DNA of 64,000 nucleotides, from positions 1,146 through 65,145 of the forward strand of contig CAIUQE010000019.1 of the NCBI GenBank assembly GCA_903901225.1. The letters run 5' to 3'. The notes below the pieces were generated by a model that was not told where the DNA came from, made no database searches, and saw only the letters and a list, made by a program, of their open reading frames with translations. Shown piece by piece: positions 9,116-19,500 of this stretch (position 1 is the stretch's first letter; each line of letters begins with the position of its first letter). Origin of the DNA: Candidatus Omnitrophota bacterium. Lineage in GTDB: Bacteria; Omnitrophota; Gorgyraeia; Zapsychrales; Fredricksoniimonadaceae. The position numbers were made by a program, and so were the translations under genes.

Positions 9116-10234
9116 ATGTTTAGAAATATACTATATTTCATTATTGGAATATTTTTCATTTTAACGCGCGGGCCATCCCTGGCCTGCGCGGCCGGTGGCA
9201 ATGTGACCGCGGTTGACGCGGCCTTGACCGCTTACGAGAACAGCCAGGCGCAAATATCGTCCTTTTCCCGGCCCGTGATGATGCCGGCGGGCCGCGCGCA
9301 GGCCGGTGGTGTGCCGCAATGGAAATCCTCGCTCGGCGAGATCCAGGAAACGTCGGCGGCCATGCTCGAGACCAATGCCAGGCTGACGGCGGAGGAGAAT
9401 CAGCTTAAAACCGATTTCGACGACCTGACCGCGCGCACGGAAGCCCTGGCGATGAAGAATGCACAGCAGGCCGGCGAGCTTGCACGCATGGAGAAGCTCG
9501 GCGGCACCGATGAAATGTTGCGGCTCAAGGAAGTCCTCGAGGACCGCGACCGAGCCCTCCGGGAGCAGCAGGCCGCTCTGGGTCCCATGCGGATTCGGCA
9601 GAAAAGTTACCAGAACAAGCTGGCGCTGGCGCGTTTGCGCGTCGCTGAGCTTGAGATCGACAGGAAGTCCGCCGAAATTGACGGGAAGGTGCGTGAAGAC
9701 GGGGCGCTCGCGGCCCTGCGCGCGGACAAGGCCAGGATCAGGGCTGGCGTTTCAAAGGTGCGCGAGCAGGCCGGCCTGCTGCGCGAGAAGATCGTCGAGC
9801 TCAAGCGGGTTGACGGCCGCGACCTGCCGCAATTGCACGAGTTGAAAGTCCGTAATGCCGGGCTGAGGGACCGTTTGAGAACGTTGCAGGCGGATGATGA
9901 CGCCGCTCGGGCAAAGCTGAACACGCTTGACGACAAGAAAACAAAAGCCTGTTCGGAGCCTAATATTGCCCGGGTCAGGGAGCTTGCGGCGCGGCGTGAG
10001 GCGCTGGCCGGGCAGTTGCAGGATAATAGCATCAAACTGATGGCACTGAAGAAAGATAACGCGGCCGATGGCCAGGATGATTTATCCGCCACAAAGGCTG
10101 ATATCGAGAAGCTGGACCGCCAGAACGTCGCCATGGACCAGGAGATCGGCGACCTGCGCGAGAATATTGCCCTTCTGGAGTATAAGATCAACACGTTGCA
10201 GCGTTACACGGACCGCAACAAGCCCGGGCATTAA
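9116..10234 (+). CDS. Secreted coiled-coil protein
   Basis: Hydrophobic N-terminus (YFIIGIFFILT...LACAAG), then about 300 aa of heptad-rich Q/E/R/L/A sequence. No enzymatic motif. Confidence 0.5.
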   Translation: MFRNILYFIIGIFFILTRGPSLACAAGGNVTAVDAALTAYENSQAQISSFSRPVMMPAGRAQAGGVPQWKSSLGEIQETSAAMLETNARLTAEENQLKTDFDDLTARTEALAMKNAQQAGELARMEKLGGTDEMLRLKEVLEDRDRALREQQAALGPMRIRQKSYQNKLALARLRVAELEIDRKSAEIDGKVREDGALAALRADKARIRAGVSKVREQAGLLREKIVELKRVDGRDLPQLHELKVRNAGLRDRLRTLQADDDAARAKLNTLDDKKTKACSEPNIARVRELAARREALAGQLQDNSIKLMALKKDNAADGQDDLSATKADIEKLDRQNVAMDQEIGDLRENIALLEYKINTLQRYTDRNKPGH

Positions 10235-10252
10235 CGGGATAAAGGAGTTGTC

Positions 10253-10738
10253 ATGAAAGATATTCTTGAGATCCTCGTTAACGACGCGCGCACGACGCCG
10301 GAGGAGATCGCGAAGTTGACCGGCCAGAAGGCGGCGGATGTTAAAAAGCAGATCAAGAAATACGAGGATGGCGGGACGATCGTCCAGTACAAGGCCATCA
10401 TCAATCCCGAGATGATCGAGGGCAACCAGAACCTTGTCCGCGCGCTTATCGAGGTCAGCATCACGCCGCAGAAGGACGTCGGCTTCGACCATATCGCGGC
10501 GCGCATCTATAATTTTTCCGAGGTCAAGAGCTGCTATCTGGTGTCGGGCAGTTACGACCTCCTGCTGGTCGTTGAAGGCAACAGCATCCAGACCGTGGCG
10601 GAATTCGTTTCCTCGAAATTGTCGTCCATGGAGAACGTGCGCCAGACCTCGACGCATTTCCTGCTGAAGAAGTACAAGGAGGACGGGAAAGTTTTCAAGA
10701 GCGCGCCCCGTCAAAAAAGGCTGAACATCACCTATTAG
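10253..10738 (+). CDS. Lrp/AsnC family transcriptional regulator
   Basis: N-terminal HTH (ILEILVNDARTTPEEIAKLTG) and C-terminal RAM domain (CYLVSGSYDLLLVV). Confidence 0.85.
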   Translation: MKDILEILVNDARTTPEEIAKLTGQKAADVKKQIKKYEDGGTIVQYKAIINPEMIEGNQNLVRALIEVSITPQKDVGFDHIAARIYNFSEVKSCYLVSGSYDLLLVVEGNSIQTVAEFVSSKLSSMENVRQTSTHFLLKKYKEDGKVFKSAPRQKRLNITY

Positions 10739-10760
10739 AGACTGCCCTTTCGAGGCCATC

Positions 10761-11924
10761 ATGCAAGTAGCTAAACTCGTAGAAGAACTCCCCCCGTCGG
10801 GAATCCGTGCTTTTTTTGATCTCGTGCTCGGGATGAAGGACGTGATCTCGCTCGGCGTCGGTGAGCCGGATTTCGTCACGCCGTGGAATGTCCGGGAGCA
10901 CGCCATTTATTCCCTTGAACAGGGGTACACGTCCTACACGTCCAACAAGGGGCTGCCGGAGTTGCGCAAGGACATCGCGAAGTTCCTGAAATGGCGCCGC
11001 GGCCTGGAGTATGACTGGGACAACGAGATGCTGATCACCGTCGGTGTCAGTGAGGCGATGGACCTTGTTTTTCGCGCGATCCTCAATCCCGGCGAGAAAG
11101 TCCTGGTGCACGAGCCCTGCTTCGTTGCCTACGCGCCGCTGGTGAAGCTGGCAGGCGGAGAGCCGGTGGCGGTTATCACGACCGCGGAGGAGCATTTCAA
11201 GGTCACACCCCGCAAGCTGGAGCAGGCGTACACGAAGGGCGTCAAGGCCATGATCCTGAATTATCCGTGCAATCCGACGGGGACGTCCTACACGCGTCAG
11301 GAACTTTTGGGCATTGCCCGGTTCGCGAAGAAGCACGACCTTTTGGTCATTTCCGACGAAGTTTACGACGAGCTCAGTTATGATTTCGAGCATACGCCCC
11401 TGGCCTCGTTGCCCGGGATGAAGGAGCGCGTCATTTATCTCAACGGCTTTTCCAAGGCCTACGCGATGACGGGGTTCCGCCTCGGCTGGGCCGCTGGGCC
11501 CGCGAAGATACTGGCAGCCATGACCAAGATCCACCAGTACACGATCATGTGCGCGCCCATCACGAGCCAGATGGCCGCCCGTGAGGCGATGCGCAACGGC
11601 GCGAAGGATGTCCAGGCCATGGTGCGCGAGTACAACCGGCGGCGCAATTTTATCGTCGCGTCGCTCAACGAGCTGGGGTTGACGTGCCATATGCCCCAGG
11701 GCGCGTTCTACGCTTTTCCGTCGATCAAAGGCCTGGGGATAAGTTCGCTGGATTTCGCGAAGGAACTCCTGGAGAGAGAAAAAGTGGCGCTGGTGCCGGG
11801 CAACGCGTTCGGTTCACAGTGCAGTGACCATATCCGCATCTCATACGCTTCAAGCTATGACAACCTGCGCGAAGCTGTGGCGCGGATCAAAAAATACATG
11901 GAGTGGCGCCGTGGCAAAAAATAA
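10761..11924 (+). CDS. Pyridoxal-phosphate-dependent aminotransferase, class I (aspartate aminotransferase-like)
   Basis: 387 aa. NPTGTSY, SFSKAYAMTGFRLGW (the PLP lysine region) and the KGLPELR substrate-binding motif. Confidence 0.85.
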   Translation: MQVAKLVEELPPSGIRAFFDLVLGMKDVISLGVGEPDFVTPWNVREHAIYSLEQGYTSYTSNKGLPELRKDIAKFLKWRRGLEYDWDNEMLITVGVSEAMDLVFRAILNPGEKVLVHEPCFVAYAPLVKLAGGEPVAVITTAEEHFKVTPRKLEQAYTKGVKAMILNYPCNPTGTSYTRQELLGIARFAKKHDLLVISDEVYDELSYDFEHTPLASLPGMKERVIYLNGFSKAYAMTGFRLGWAAGPAKILAAMTKIHQYTIMCAPITSQMAAREAMRNGAKDVQAMVREYNRRRNFIVASLNELGLTCHMPQGAFYAFPSIKGLGISSLDFAKELLEREKVALVPGNAFGSQCSDHIRISYASSYDNLREAVARIKKYMEWRRGKK

Positions 11925-12303
11925 GACAACGGCCGGCGATCCGCAGTTCGAGGTCGCTTTTTTTGAGAATGTGCTTAAACACAGCCCTGATTTTGTCGAG
12001 GCGCTCGCGGCCCTCGCGGAGCTTTACACGAAGCAGGGGCTTTATGAGAAGGGCCTTGAGCTTGACCGGCGCCTGGCGCGTTTGCGGCCCGATGAGCCGG
12101 TGGTTCTTTATAATCTTGCCTGCAGCCTGTCGCTGGTGGGTGATATCGCGGGGGCTTTCGCGGCGGTCAAGGCGGCCTTCCAGTCCGGGTACGAGGATTT
12201 TGCCCATCTGGAGAAAGACCGCGACCTGTTGAATTTGTTCGGCGATACCGCGTTCCAGGAGTATTACCGCGGCGTGAAGCCCGGTAAAGGCGCGGGAAAA
12301 TAA
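11911..12303 (+). CDS. TPR repeat protein
   Basis: The GTG at 11911 overlaps the aminotransferase stop by 14 bp. The track ORF extends to 11824, which would overlap 100 bp. TPR-like helices (ALAALAELYTKQGLYEKGLEL, YNLACSLSLVGD). Confidence 0.5.
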   Translation: MAKNKTTAGDPQFEVAFFENVLKHSPDFVEALAALAELYTKQGLYEKGLELDRRLARLRPDEPVVLYNLACSLSLVGDIAGAFAAVKAAFQSGYEDFAHLEKDRDLLNLFGDTAFQEYYRGVKPGKGAGK

Positions 12304-12315
12304 GAAAGGGAAAAT

Positions 12316-13230
12316 ATGGGCTTGCTTGTTTTGGGAACAGTAGCGCTCGATGATGTGAAGACGCCTTCGGGTGTGAAGAAGAATATGCTGGGAGGTTCTG
12401 CCGCCCACTTCTCCATGAGCGCGCGTCTTTTCGACGACGTGCATGTGGTGGGTGTCGTGGGTAAGGATTTTCCCAAGGTCCACCTTGATTTCCTCAAGCG
12501 CAAGGGGATGAACATCGCATCCCTGACCGTTGCCCCGGGAGAAACGTTCCGTTGGTCCGGTGAATATAAGGTCGAAGACCTTAACAGCGCGATCACGCAC
12601 GCGACACAGCTGGGCGTCCTCGCGGATTACGCGCCCCAGCTGACGGAACAACAGAAGAGCATGGGCCACGTTTTTCTGGCGAACCTCGCGCCGGCGGTGC
12701 AGGAGAAGCTGCTGAAGATGGTGCGTCAGCCCCGCCTGGTGGGGCTGGACACGATGAACTTGTGGATCAACACGGCGGTCAAGGACCTCAAGCGCTTGAT
12801 GAAGAACGTTGACGTGATGGTCCTTAATGACGGCGAGGCAAGGCTTCTCACGGGTGAGCGCAACGCGGTCATGGCCGCGAAGTGCCTGCGCGCGATGGGG
12901 CCGAAGGTCGTTGTCATTAAGAAAGGCGAGCATGGCGTTTACGTGTTCGGAGGGAGCTTTCGTTTCGGGTATCCCGCGTATCCCGTTGAGCGCGTGGTCG
13001 ACCCGACCGGCGCCGGTGACACCTTCGCGGGCGGGCTTTTTGGGTACTTGTCGCGCCTGAAGAAACTGGATGAAAAGGGCCTGCGCCGGGCTGTCGTTTA
13101 CGGCACGGTCCTGGCATCGTTCAATGTCGAAGGTTTTGGCATGGGGCGGACCGCGCCGCTGACCATGAAAGATGTCGAGAAGCGCCTGAAGGATTACCAG
13201 CATTTTTGCGCGTTCGCGCCCGGCGCATGA
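12316..13230 (+). CDS. PfkB-family carbohydrate kinase
   Basis: The C-terminal DPTGAGDTFAGG is the PfkB signature 2. Ribokinase-like fold length (304 aa). Confidence 0.75.
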   Translation: MGLLVLGTVALDDVKTPSGVKKNMLGGSAAHFSMSARLFDDVHVVGVVGKDFPKVHLDFLKRKGMNIASLTVAPGETFRWSGEYKVEDLNSAITHATQLGVLADYAPQLTEQQKSMGHVFLANLAPAVQEKLLKMVRQPRLVGLDTMNLWINTAVKDLKRLMKNVDVMVLNDGEARLLTGERNAVMAAKCLRAMGPKVVVIKKGEHGVYVFGGSFRFGYPAYPVERVVDPTGAGDTFAGGLFGYLSRLKKLDEKGLRRAVVYGTVLASFNVEGFGMGRTAPLTMKDVEKRLKDYQHFCAFAPGA

Positions 13231-13505
13231 AGGGAATATCGTTTGAATTCATCGCTCTGGTCGCGTCGGTTGTGATGCCATTGTGGAATATTCCGCTCAT
13301 TGTCAAGGTCATCCAGCGCCGTTCGTCGAACGACATGTCGCTGGCCTGGGCCTGGGGCGTGTGGCTGTGCATGGCGCTGATGCTGCCGTGGGCGGTGCTC
13401 ACGCGGGATAATGTCCTGAGGGTTTTCAGTTTCGTTAATTTCACCCTGTTCTCGGGTGTGCTGATCGCCGTAGTCAAATATTACCGGGGAGCCAAGGATG
13501 CCTGA
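13227..13505 (+). CDS. Small 3-TM membrane protein
   Basis: The ATG at 13227 overlaps the kinase TGA (ATGA). MKGISFEFIALVASVVMPLWNIPLIVKV..., about 92 aa, three hydrophobic segments. Confidence 0.4.
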   Translation: MKGISFEFIALVASVVMPLWNIPLIVKVIQRRSSNDMSLAWAWGVWLCMALMLPWAVLTRDNVLRVFSFVNFTLFSGVLIAVVKYYRGAKDA

Positions 13506-14430
13506 ACTTCAACCGAAACAACACGCCTTGAAATGCGGGTTTGTGTCGATCGTCGGGCGGCCGAACACGGGCAAGTCGACACTCCTCAATTACCTCGTGG
13601 GTGAAAAGGTCGCGATCGTTTCGCCCGTCCCCCAGACCACGCGGACGGCGGTACGGGGCATCTTCACCGACAAGCGCGGGCAGATCGTGTTCGTGGATAC
13701 GCCGGGCTGGCACGCGGGCCGCGACGGGCTTGACCGCTTCATGAATAAATCCTGCCAGAACAGCCTCGAAGGCGTTGATGCCGTTGTTTATGTGGTGGAT
13801 ACCTCGCGGACGGTGGGTGTCGAGGAGCATCAGATCGCGCGGCGCCTGAAGTCCGTCAAGGTGCCGGTGGTGATGGCCCTCAACAAGATCGACCTCAAAG
13901 GCGATCGTATCGGGCAGTACATCGAGCTTTGGGAAGAGGTCAAGGGCCAGAAGATCGATGAGATAACGAATTTCGTGATGATCCCGGTATCCGGGCGCGC
14001 CGGGACCCAGACGGACAAGCTGCTGGATATTCTTTTTGAATTCCTTCCGACGGGCCCTTTCTTTTACGAGGAAGATGTTGTTTCCGACATGCCCCAGAAA
14101 CAGCTGGTCAGCGACATCATCCGTGAAAAACTGTTTTTGCTGACGCGCGAGGAACTGCCGCATTCGATCGCGGTCGTTGTCGAGGAGATGCGCCCCGTCA
14201 AGGGCAAGACCACGCATATCCGCGCGGTGATCTTCGTGGAGCGCGATTCCCAGAAAGAGATCATCATTGGCGCCAAAGGCCAGATGGTCAAGAAGGTCGG
14301 CACCCTGGCCCGCGAGGAACTTGAGGTCCTGCTGGGTAACAAAGTTTTTCTGGAGTTGCACGTCAAGGCGCAGAAGAACTGGCGCGATGACCACGGCATG
14401 CTCGCCGACATGGGCTATATTTTTGAATGA
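13498..14430 (+). CDS. era: GTPase Era
   Basis: G1 GRPNTGKST, G3 DTPG, G4 NKID, and a C-terminal KH domain (VIFVERDSQKEIIIGAKGQMVKKVG). Confidence 0.9.
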   Translation: MPELQPKQHALKCGFVSIVGRPNTGKSTLLNYLVGEKVAIVSPVPQTTRTAVRGIFTDKRGQIVFVDTPGWHAGRDGLDRFMNKSCQNSLEGVDAVVYVVDTSRTVGVEEHQIARRLKSVKVPVVMALNKIDLKGDRIGQYIELWEEVKGQKIDEITNFVMIPVSGRAGTQTDKLLDILFEFLPTGPFFYEEDVVSDMPQKQLVSDIIREKLFLLTREELPHSIAVVVEEMRPVKGKTTHIRAVIFVERDSQKEIIIGAKGQMVKKVGTLAREELEVLLGNKVFLELHVKAQKNWRDDHGMLADMGYIFE

Positions 14431-14499
14431 TGCACGCCTTAACGCCGTCAACCTGATGGCCGGCCTTATCCCTCTGCGAACGATTCCTTCTTCCTGAAT

Positions 14500-15519
14500 T
14501 TACGTGTTCTCGATCCTGCGCCAGTCGGTGAAGACCGGGTCGATGCCGTGGGCTTTGAGGTATGCGATGGTGTCGGCCGCGCTGCGGTCGTCGGCAATAT
14601 CGAACTGGGGATCGGCGGCCGTCGTGTCATTGTAGCCGCCGACGGTTGTCCTTGATCCGATGGATACTTTTGTCACGCACAAGCCCATGAGGCGGTTGCG
14701 CATCGTCGGAGTTTCGCGCGTTGAGAGGTTGATGCCGGTGTGGGGGAACAGGGCGCGCGTCAGGCATAATATTTTGACGAACGTCGCGTCATCGACATCG
14801 TTCGGCGCGAGGGCTTTTGCCTTGATGGTGCGCAGGCGGGGGAACGAGAGGCTGTATTCCACGCCCGGGAATTTCTTCTCAAGCCCGCGCAGGTGGTTGT
14901 AAAGCGCGGACAGGTCTTGAGCCAAAGGTCCGAGACCGAGCAGGATGCCCAGCGAGATCTGGCGCATGCCGGCTTTGGCGATGCGCTCCGGCGCGCCGTA
15001 GCGAAAAGCATAGTCCCTTTTTTGACCCGCCAGATGAACCTCGCTGTAACGGCTACGATCATAAGTCTCCTGATAGACCGTAACTCCGTCGGCACCGGCA
15101 AGATAAAGCGTGCGGTAGTCATTCTCAGTCATGGGGAAGACTTCGAGTGAAATTCCCTGAAAATATTTTTTGGCCAGCGTTACGGCATCCTTCAGATAGC
15201 CGACGGGCGTGGCCTGCGGCGATTCCCCGGTCAATAACAGGATGTTCTGCACGCCCGTGCGCGCGATGGCCCGCATTTCCGCGTCCATCTGCGCCGGTGT
15301 GAGCTTGACGCGCGTGATCTTGCGGCGGTTGTGGAACCCGCAGTAGGTGCAATGGCTCGTGCAATAATTGGACAGATAGAGCGGGGTGTAAAGCCCGATG
15401 GCTTTCCCGAAATGCCCAAGGGTCAGGCGCCGGGCGTCCTGGGCCAGGGCTTCAAGCTTGACGGGATCGGGGTCATGGAGAACAGCGTTGATGGCTTCGG
15501 GCGTGATATTGGGGCGCAT
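14500..15519 (-). CDS. thiH: 2-iminoacetate synthase ThiH (radical SAM tyrosine lyase)
   Basis: CTSHCTYC is a CxxxCxxC motif. About 340 aa. Immediately downstream of thiS-thiG on the same strand. Confidence 0.8.
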   Translation of the reverse strand: MRPNITPEAINAVLHDPDPVKLEALAQDARRLTLGHFGKAIGLYTPLYLSNYCTSHCTYCGFHNRRKITRVKLTPAQMDAEMRAIARTGVQNILLLTGESPQATPVGYLKDAVTLAKKYFQGISLEVFPMTENDYRTLYLAGADGVTVYQETYDRSRYSEVHLAGQKRDYAFRYGAPERIAKAGMRQISLGILLGLGPLAQDLSALYNHLRGLEKKFPGVEYSLSFPRLRTIKAKALAPNDVDDATFVKILCLTRALFPHTGINLSTRETPTMRNRLMGLCVTKVSIGSRTTVGGYNDTTAADPQFDIADDRSAADTIAYLKAHGIDPVFTDWRRIENT

Positions 15520-15538
15520 GGCGTTGATAACAAAACCT

Positions 15539-16513
15539 TTATTCGAACAGGAAGCCGGTCAGCGGTGAAGACGCTTCTCCCATAGGACGCTTTGCCGGCA
15601 GTCCGCTAAGATAAGCGGTGCGTCCGGCCTCGACGGCCTGCGCGAAGGCTTTGGCCATGGCGGCAGGGTTGTCGGCGATGGCCACAGCAGTATTTACCAG
15701 CACCGCGCTGGCCCCGAGTTCCATGGCCTCGCAGGCATGGGACGGCGCGCCGATGCCGGCATCCACGATGACGGGAATGTCGATCTCCTCGATCAGGACC
15801 TTGATGAAATCGCGCGCGCGCAAACCCTGGTTCGAACCGATGAAAGATCCCAGCGGCATGATGGCCGCGGCACCTGCTTCGACGAGCCGGCGCGCCACAT
15901 AAAGGTCTGCCGAAACATAAGGCAGGACCACGAAGCCTTCTGCCGCGAGAATTTTTGTCGCCGTGATGGTGGCTTCATTGTCGGGCAGGAGGTATTTCGA
16001 ATCATTGATGACCTCGACCTTGATCCAGTGGCCCTGGCCCGAGGCTTTCGCCAGGTGCGCAAGGCGCACGGCCTCATCGGCGGTGCGCGCACCCGAGGTG
16101 TTGGTCAACAACGTGACGTTGTTGGGAAGGTATTGCAAAATATTATCTTCATGCTGTTCAAGGTCGATGCGCCGCAGGGCCACGGTGACGATCTCGGCGC
16201 CCGAAGCGAGGATGCTCTCTTTCACGTCCGCCTTGTTCTTGAATTTTCCGGTGCCCAGAAGGAAACGCGACTTGAACTCCTTGTCCGCCAAAATAAAAGG
16301 GTCTGGCTTTGGACTGCCGCCGCCCATGAAGGTGACAAGCTCCAGCGTGTCGTTGGCGGCAATAGGCGTGGCGGCCCAGCGGGCGCGGTCGATGATCTGC
16401 CCGTTCAGTTCAGTGACAACAAGGTTCGGGTCCTTGCAAAGCTGTGCCACGGCGTTCTGCAGCGACGCTTCCCCCGTGATCTCCCGCGTTTTTCCGTTGA
16501 TGGTCAATGTCAT
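15539..16513 (-). CDS. thiG: ThiS-ThiG fusion (sulfur carrier plus thiazole synthase)
   Basis: An internal ATG gives MTLTINGKTREI...LELVTFMGGG (ThiS, ubiquitin-like, GG end). This is fused to ThiG (FKSRFLLGTGKF...VNTAVA). The track ORF extends to 16555 with an alternative TTG start. Confidence 0.8.
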   Translation of the reverse strand: MTLTINGKTREITGEASLQNAVAQLCKDPNLVVTELNGQIIDRARWAATPIAANDTLELVTFMGGGSPKPDPFILADKEFKSRFLLGTGKFKNKADVKESILASGAEIVTVALRRIDLEQHEDNILQYLPNNVTLLTNTSGARTADEAVRLAHLAKASGQGHWIKVEVINDSKYLLPDNEATITATKILAAEGFVVLPYVSADLYVARRLVEAGAAAIMPLGSFIGSNQGLRARDFIKVLIEEIDIPVIVDAGIGAPSHACEAMELGASAVLVNTAVAIADNPAAMAKAFAQAVEAGRTAYLSGLPAKRPMGEASSPLTGFLFE

Positions 16514-16571
16514 GGGCGTTATTTTAGGGCATGTGCCCTCAAAAAGCAAAAACAAAACAACTGATCCTTGG

Positions 16572-19500
16572 TTATTCCAGGAATTGCGCGGCGGATACGA
16601 GTGGGGTGAGGGAAGTTATGACCGGGGTCAGCCCTTTGATCTTGCCGGGGGCCATGCGGCTGTCAGCCGGGGCCATGGGGACGGCCTGTCCCGTGGTGTC
16701 CAGTTTCAGCAGGTCAGGATTCATGTCGATACCGCCGGGTGTTGCGGCTTTGTCCGCAGTCGCGGGCATGGCGTGATCGGGGGTCATGTCCACGACTTTT
16801 AATGACAGTTCCTTCTCAAAATAATCCGCGATATCATCAAAGGCTTTTTCGGCCTTTTCTTTGCCTGCAGGAGTGTTTGGGATTATTTTTCTGTCTATGG
16901 CGTGTTCTATAAAAGCGGCGTAGTTTTCCGGGGTCATGCGTAGCTCATACTGTGGCGCGAACACCTGACTGATGAACTGGATCATCGGAATATAGCCGGG
17001 GTGATTTTCTTTCAAATAATCGAACAACGATTTTCCGATCTCGGGCTTGAGGATCGCGCGCCTTTCCTGAAAGTCCTTGTTGGCCAGAAGTTGGAATATC
17101 CCGGAAGTTTGAAGGTCGGCGTTGGTAAATGTATCGGCAGCATTGACCGTGAATGTCTGGACGTCAAGCATGTCGTATGATTCTTTATCAACAGGGATAT
17201 GTTCTACGTTAGGAGCCGCATCAAAATAGGTTCTTTCAATGATCGTCTCGGGTCGATGTAACTGAATAGTTCCTGTTGTGCCGTGGGACATGCGGATCTT
17301 CTTTAATTCATGATCATTCATAAAGAAATTATAAGCGGCTGATCCGGGAGTCAGCATGATGCGGCCGTCTTTGGGAAGATATCTTGAAAGTTCCGCGATC
17401 GCGGCGGCAAAGGCGGGTTCCATGTCGTAGGCCGAACCGGTGTAGATGGGGTCAATATAAGCGCCTTCATCGCCAAGGGCCACATGCGCGGTGGCCAGTT
17501 GCCGTCCGTCCTGGTCATGGACAATGATGAAGCCGGCGGTGGCCTGCAGGGCGGTTTCCAACGGGGTTATTTTCTGGACCCCCTCTGATGAAAAACAACC
17601 CTGCCCCGCCCCTTGTCCGACTGAAGCTTCCTCCAGCAGGTCTTTTCTGAAGGTGATCTTTACGTTCTGTTTTCCATTTTGGCTGGTGATGGCTTTTTCC
17701 AGGGCGTCGATCTCGTTGATCTTGGATTGGAGCTCGCTCAGGGTGTTCTTGTGATCCTGGTTGTTATTGAGTTCAGGCGCGGTGTTGAATTTTATGAAGG
17801 CACCCCGGAATTCTTCAGCATCTTTGGTTGTCTGGATCAGTTTAACGGTATTACTAACGGAAACCGGCATGTCCCTGAATTTAAATTCGCGCCATTCAAG
17901 TTTCTTGACGGAGGCTTCCACCGACTCGACCATGGCGGTCGCTGAATGTCGGATCTGTTCCCTGATCTGGACATCGCTCATGCCCTTGGACAAGGACAAG
18001 TCCAGTTCGATCCCTTCTTCCCAGAGCCGGGGATCCCAGCCATTGCCTACCAGACGCGCAACAGCTTCTTTGTTCCCGAATACCAGATCTTTGAATTCAC
18101 GCTGCATTTCCAAATCAGGGTGTATTTTAAAAGAATCTTTTCCGATCGCCATTAGCTTAGTCCGTAAAGCCCTGCTGGCGGCAGATACACCGGCGTTTTT
18201 GTGGTAAGCATTGAGAAACTCTTTGATCGCATATCTGTATAACGACCAGAGGCGGCTTTCTTCGCCCGATTTTGTAAAAACAGACATGATGGTTCCGATC
18301 TGATTGATGAAAGAAGTGTTCTCAAAGAGAGGCGTAGCATTTTCAGGAACAGGCTCCTGGATCAAACTTTCCAGCAAGGTGGCGCGTAATACGGGCATCT
18401 GGCGCGATATTTGGGCCAATGCCTTGCGCGTGTCGGCGTTCCTTGATGTGGCGGATGTTTGAAGAATTTTATGCCACAGGCGGATCAAGGTCACGCTAGC
18501 GGCTTCAATGGCGCGGCCTGCTTTGAGGTCCGGTGGAAGTTGCGGGTCATGGGGCGAAGCTTTGAAAATTATTTTTGACCGGTCGTTATAACTACCATAG
18601 GCTTCTTTCATCAGCATCACTTCAGTGACAAAGGGAAGGGCGTCCATCTTGTAGCGCAGGTCAATGGATGGGTCATCCAAAAGGGCCAGGGTTTTCTCAC
18701 TAAGCAGTTCGGTTGTTCGATAGCCCCAACTGTGAAGACGATCGATGAATTGCTGCAATCTTTGCATATAGAGCGGCTTGCCGCTTAAAATCGTATCTCG
18801 AACGGCGGATTCAATGCGGCGTTGGTCATTGATATGCTGGTAATTTTTTCTTAAATCGGGTTTATTTCTCTGCGAGGCGGTTTGCAGTAATTCTTTTATC
18901 GGACGCACCTGTTGATCAATGTATATCGCGTAAGTTGCAAGCGTGTGCCCGGCGGCATGCTGGGCAAGGTTTAAAAATATTTTCTGAAAAAGGTTTCTAT
19001 TGTCGTCGTTAACGATCATATAGTTGTTAAGTGCTTTCCCCAGGGTAAGAATGTTCGATGCGATATTGGTGACATTTTTATAAAACTCATCTGCAGGATC
19101 ATCGGTCAGCATTGTTCCCAAGTTTGCAGGCAAAGGGGCTTTAAGGATGTTTTCAATAATAGATCGACGCAGCCCAGGCATTAAGGCGTCAACGGCCTCG
19201 GGTGTTCCCGCGTTAACGGGTTGTGCCAGAATACGGTCGGTAGCGACAAAGACAGCATCAAAAGCGGGGCGCTCGTCCTGAAGTGAACCTTGCATCAGGT
19301 TTGCCAGATACGCAATAGCTCCCACGCTGTGCATGATCTTGAAGCGCATATCAGCCGCTATCGTTTGGTCCATGATGACAGGCATGATGTTGGGGGTTTT
19401 TGGTAAAAGAATTTGACGAAATTTTTTATGTGTGAGTAGTTGTGTGAGATCTTTAATGGGTTGAACATCGCCATCAAGGCAAACTTCCGTGATAAGTTCC

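Noticed and set aside
8409-9116. 235-aa minus-strand ORF
   Set aside because: It is fully antisense to the DnaQ-like exonuclease gene, which has clear Exo I-III motifs. It has Arg/Pro-rich low-complexity translation typical of high-GC antisense frames.
10728-11690. 320-aa minus-strand ORF
   Set aside because: It is antisense to the class I aminotransferase gene. No motifs.
11887-13203. 438-aa minus-strand ORF
   Set aside because: It is antisense to the TPR gene and the PfkB kinase gene, which has the DPTGAGDTF signature on the + strand.
13474-14451. 325-aa minus-strand ORF
   Set aside because: It is antisense to era. Era G-motifs read cleanly on the + strand.
15737-16802. 275 and 279-aa + strand ORFs over the thiS-thiG locus
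   Set aside because: They are antisense to the ThiS-ThiG fusion on the minus strand.
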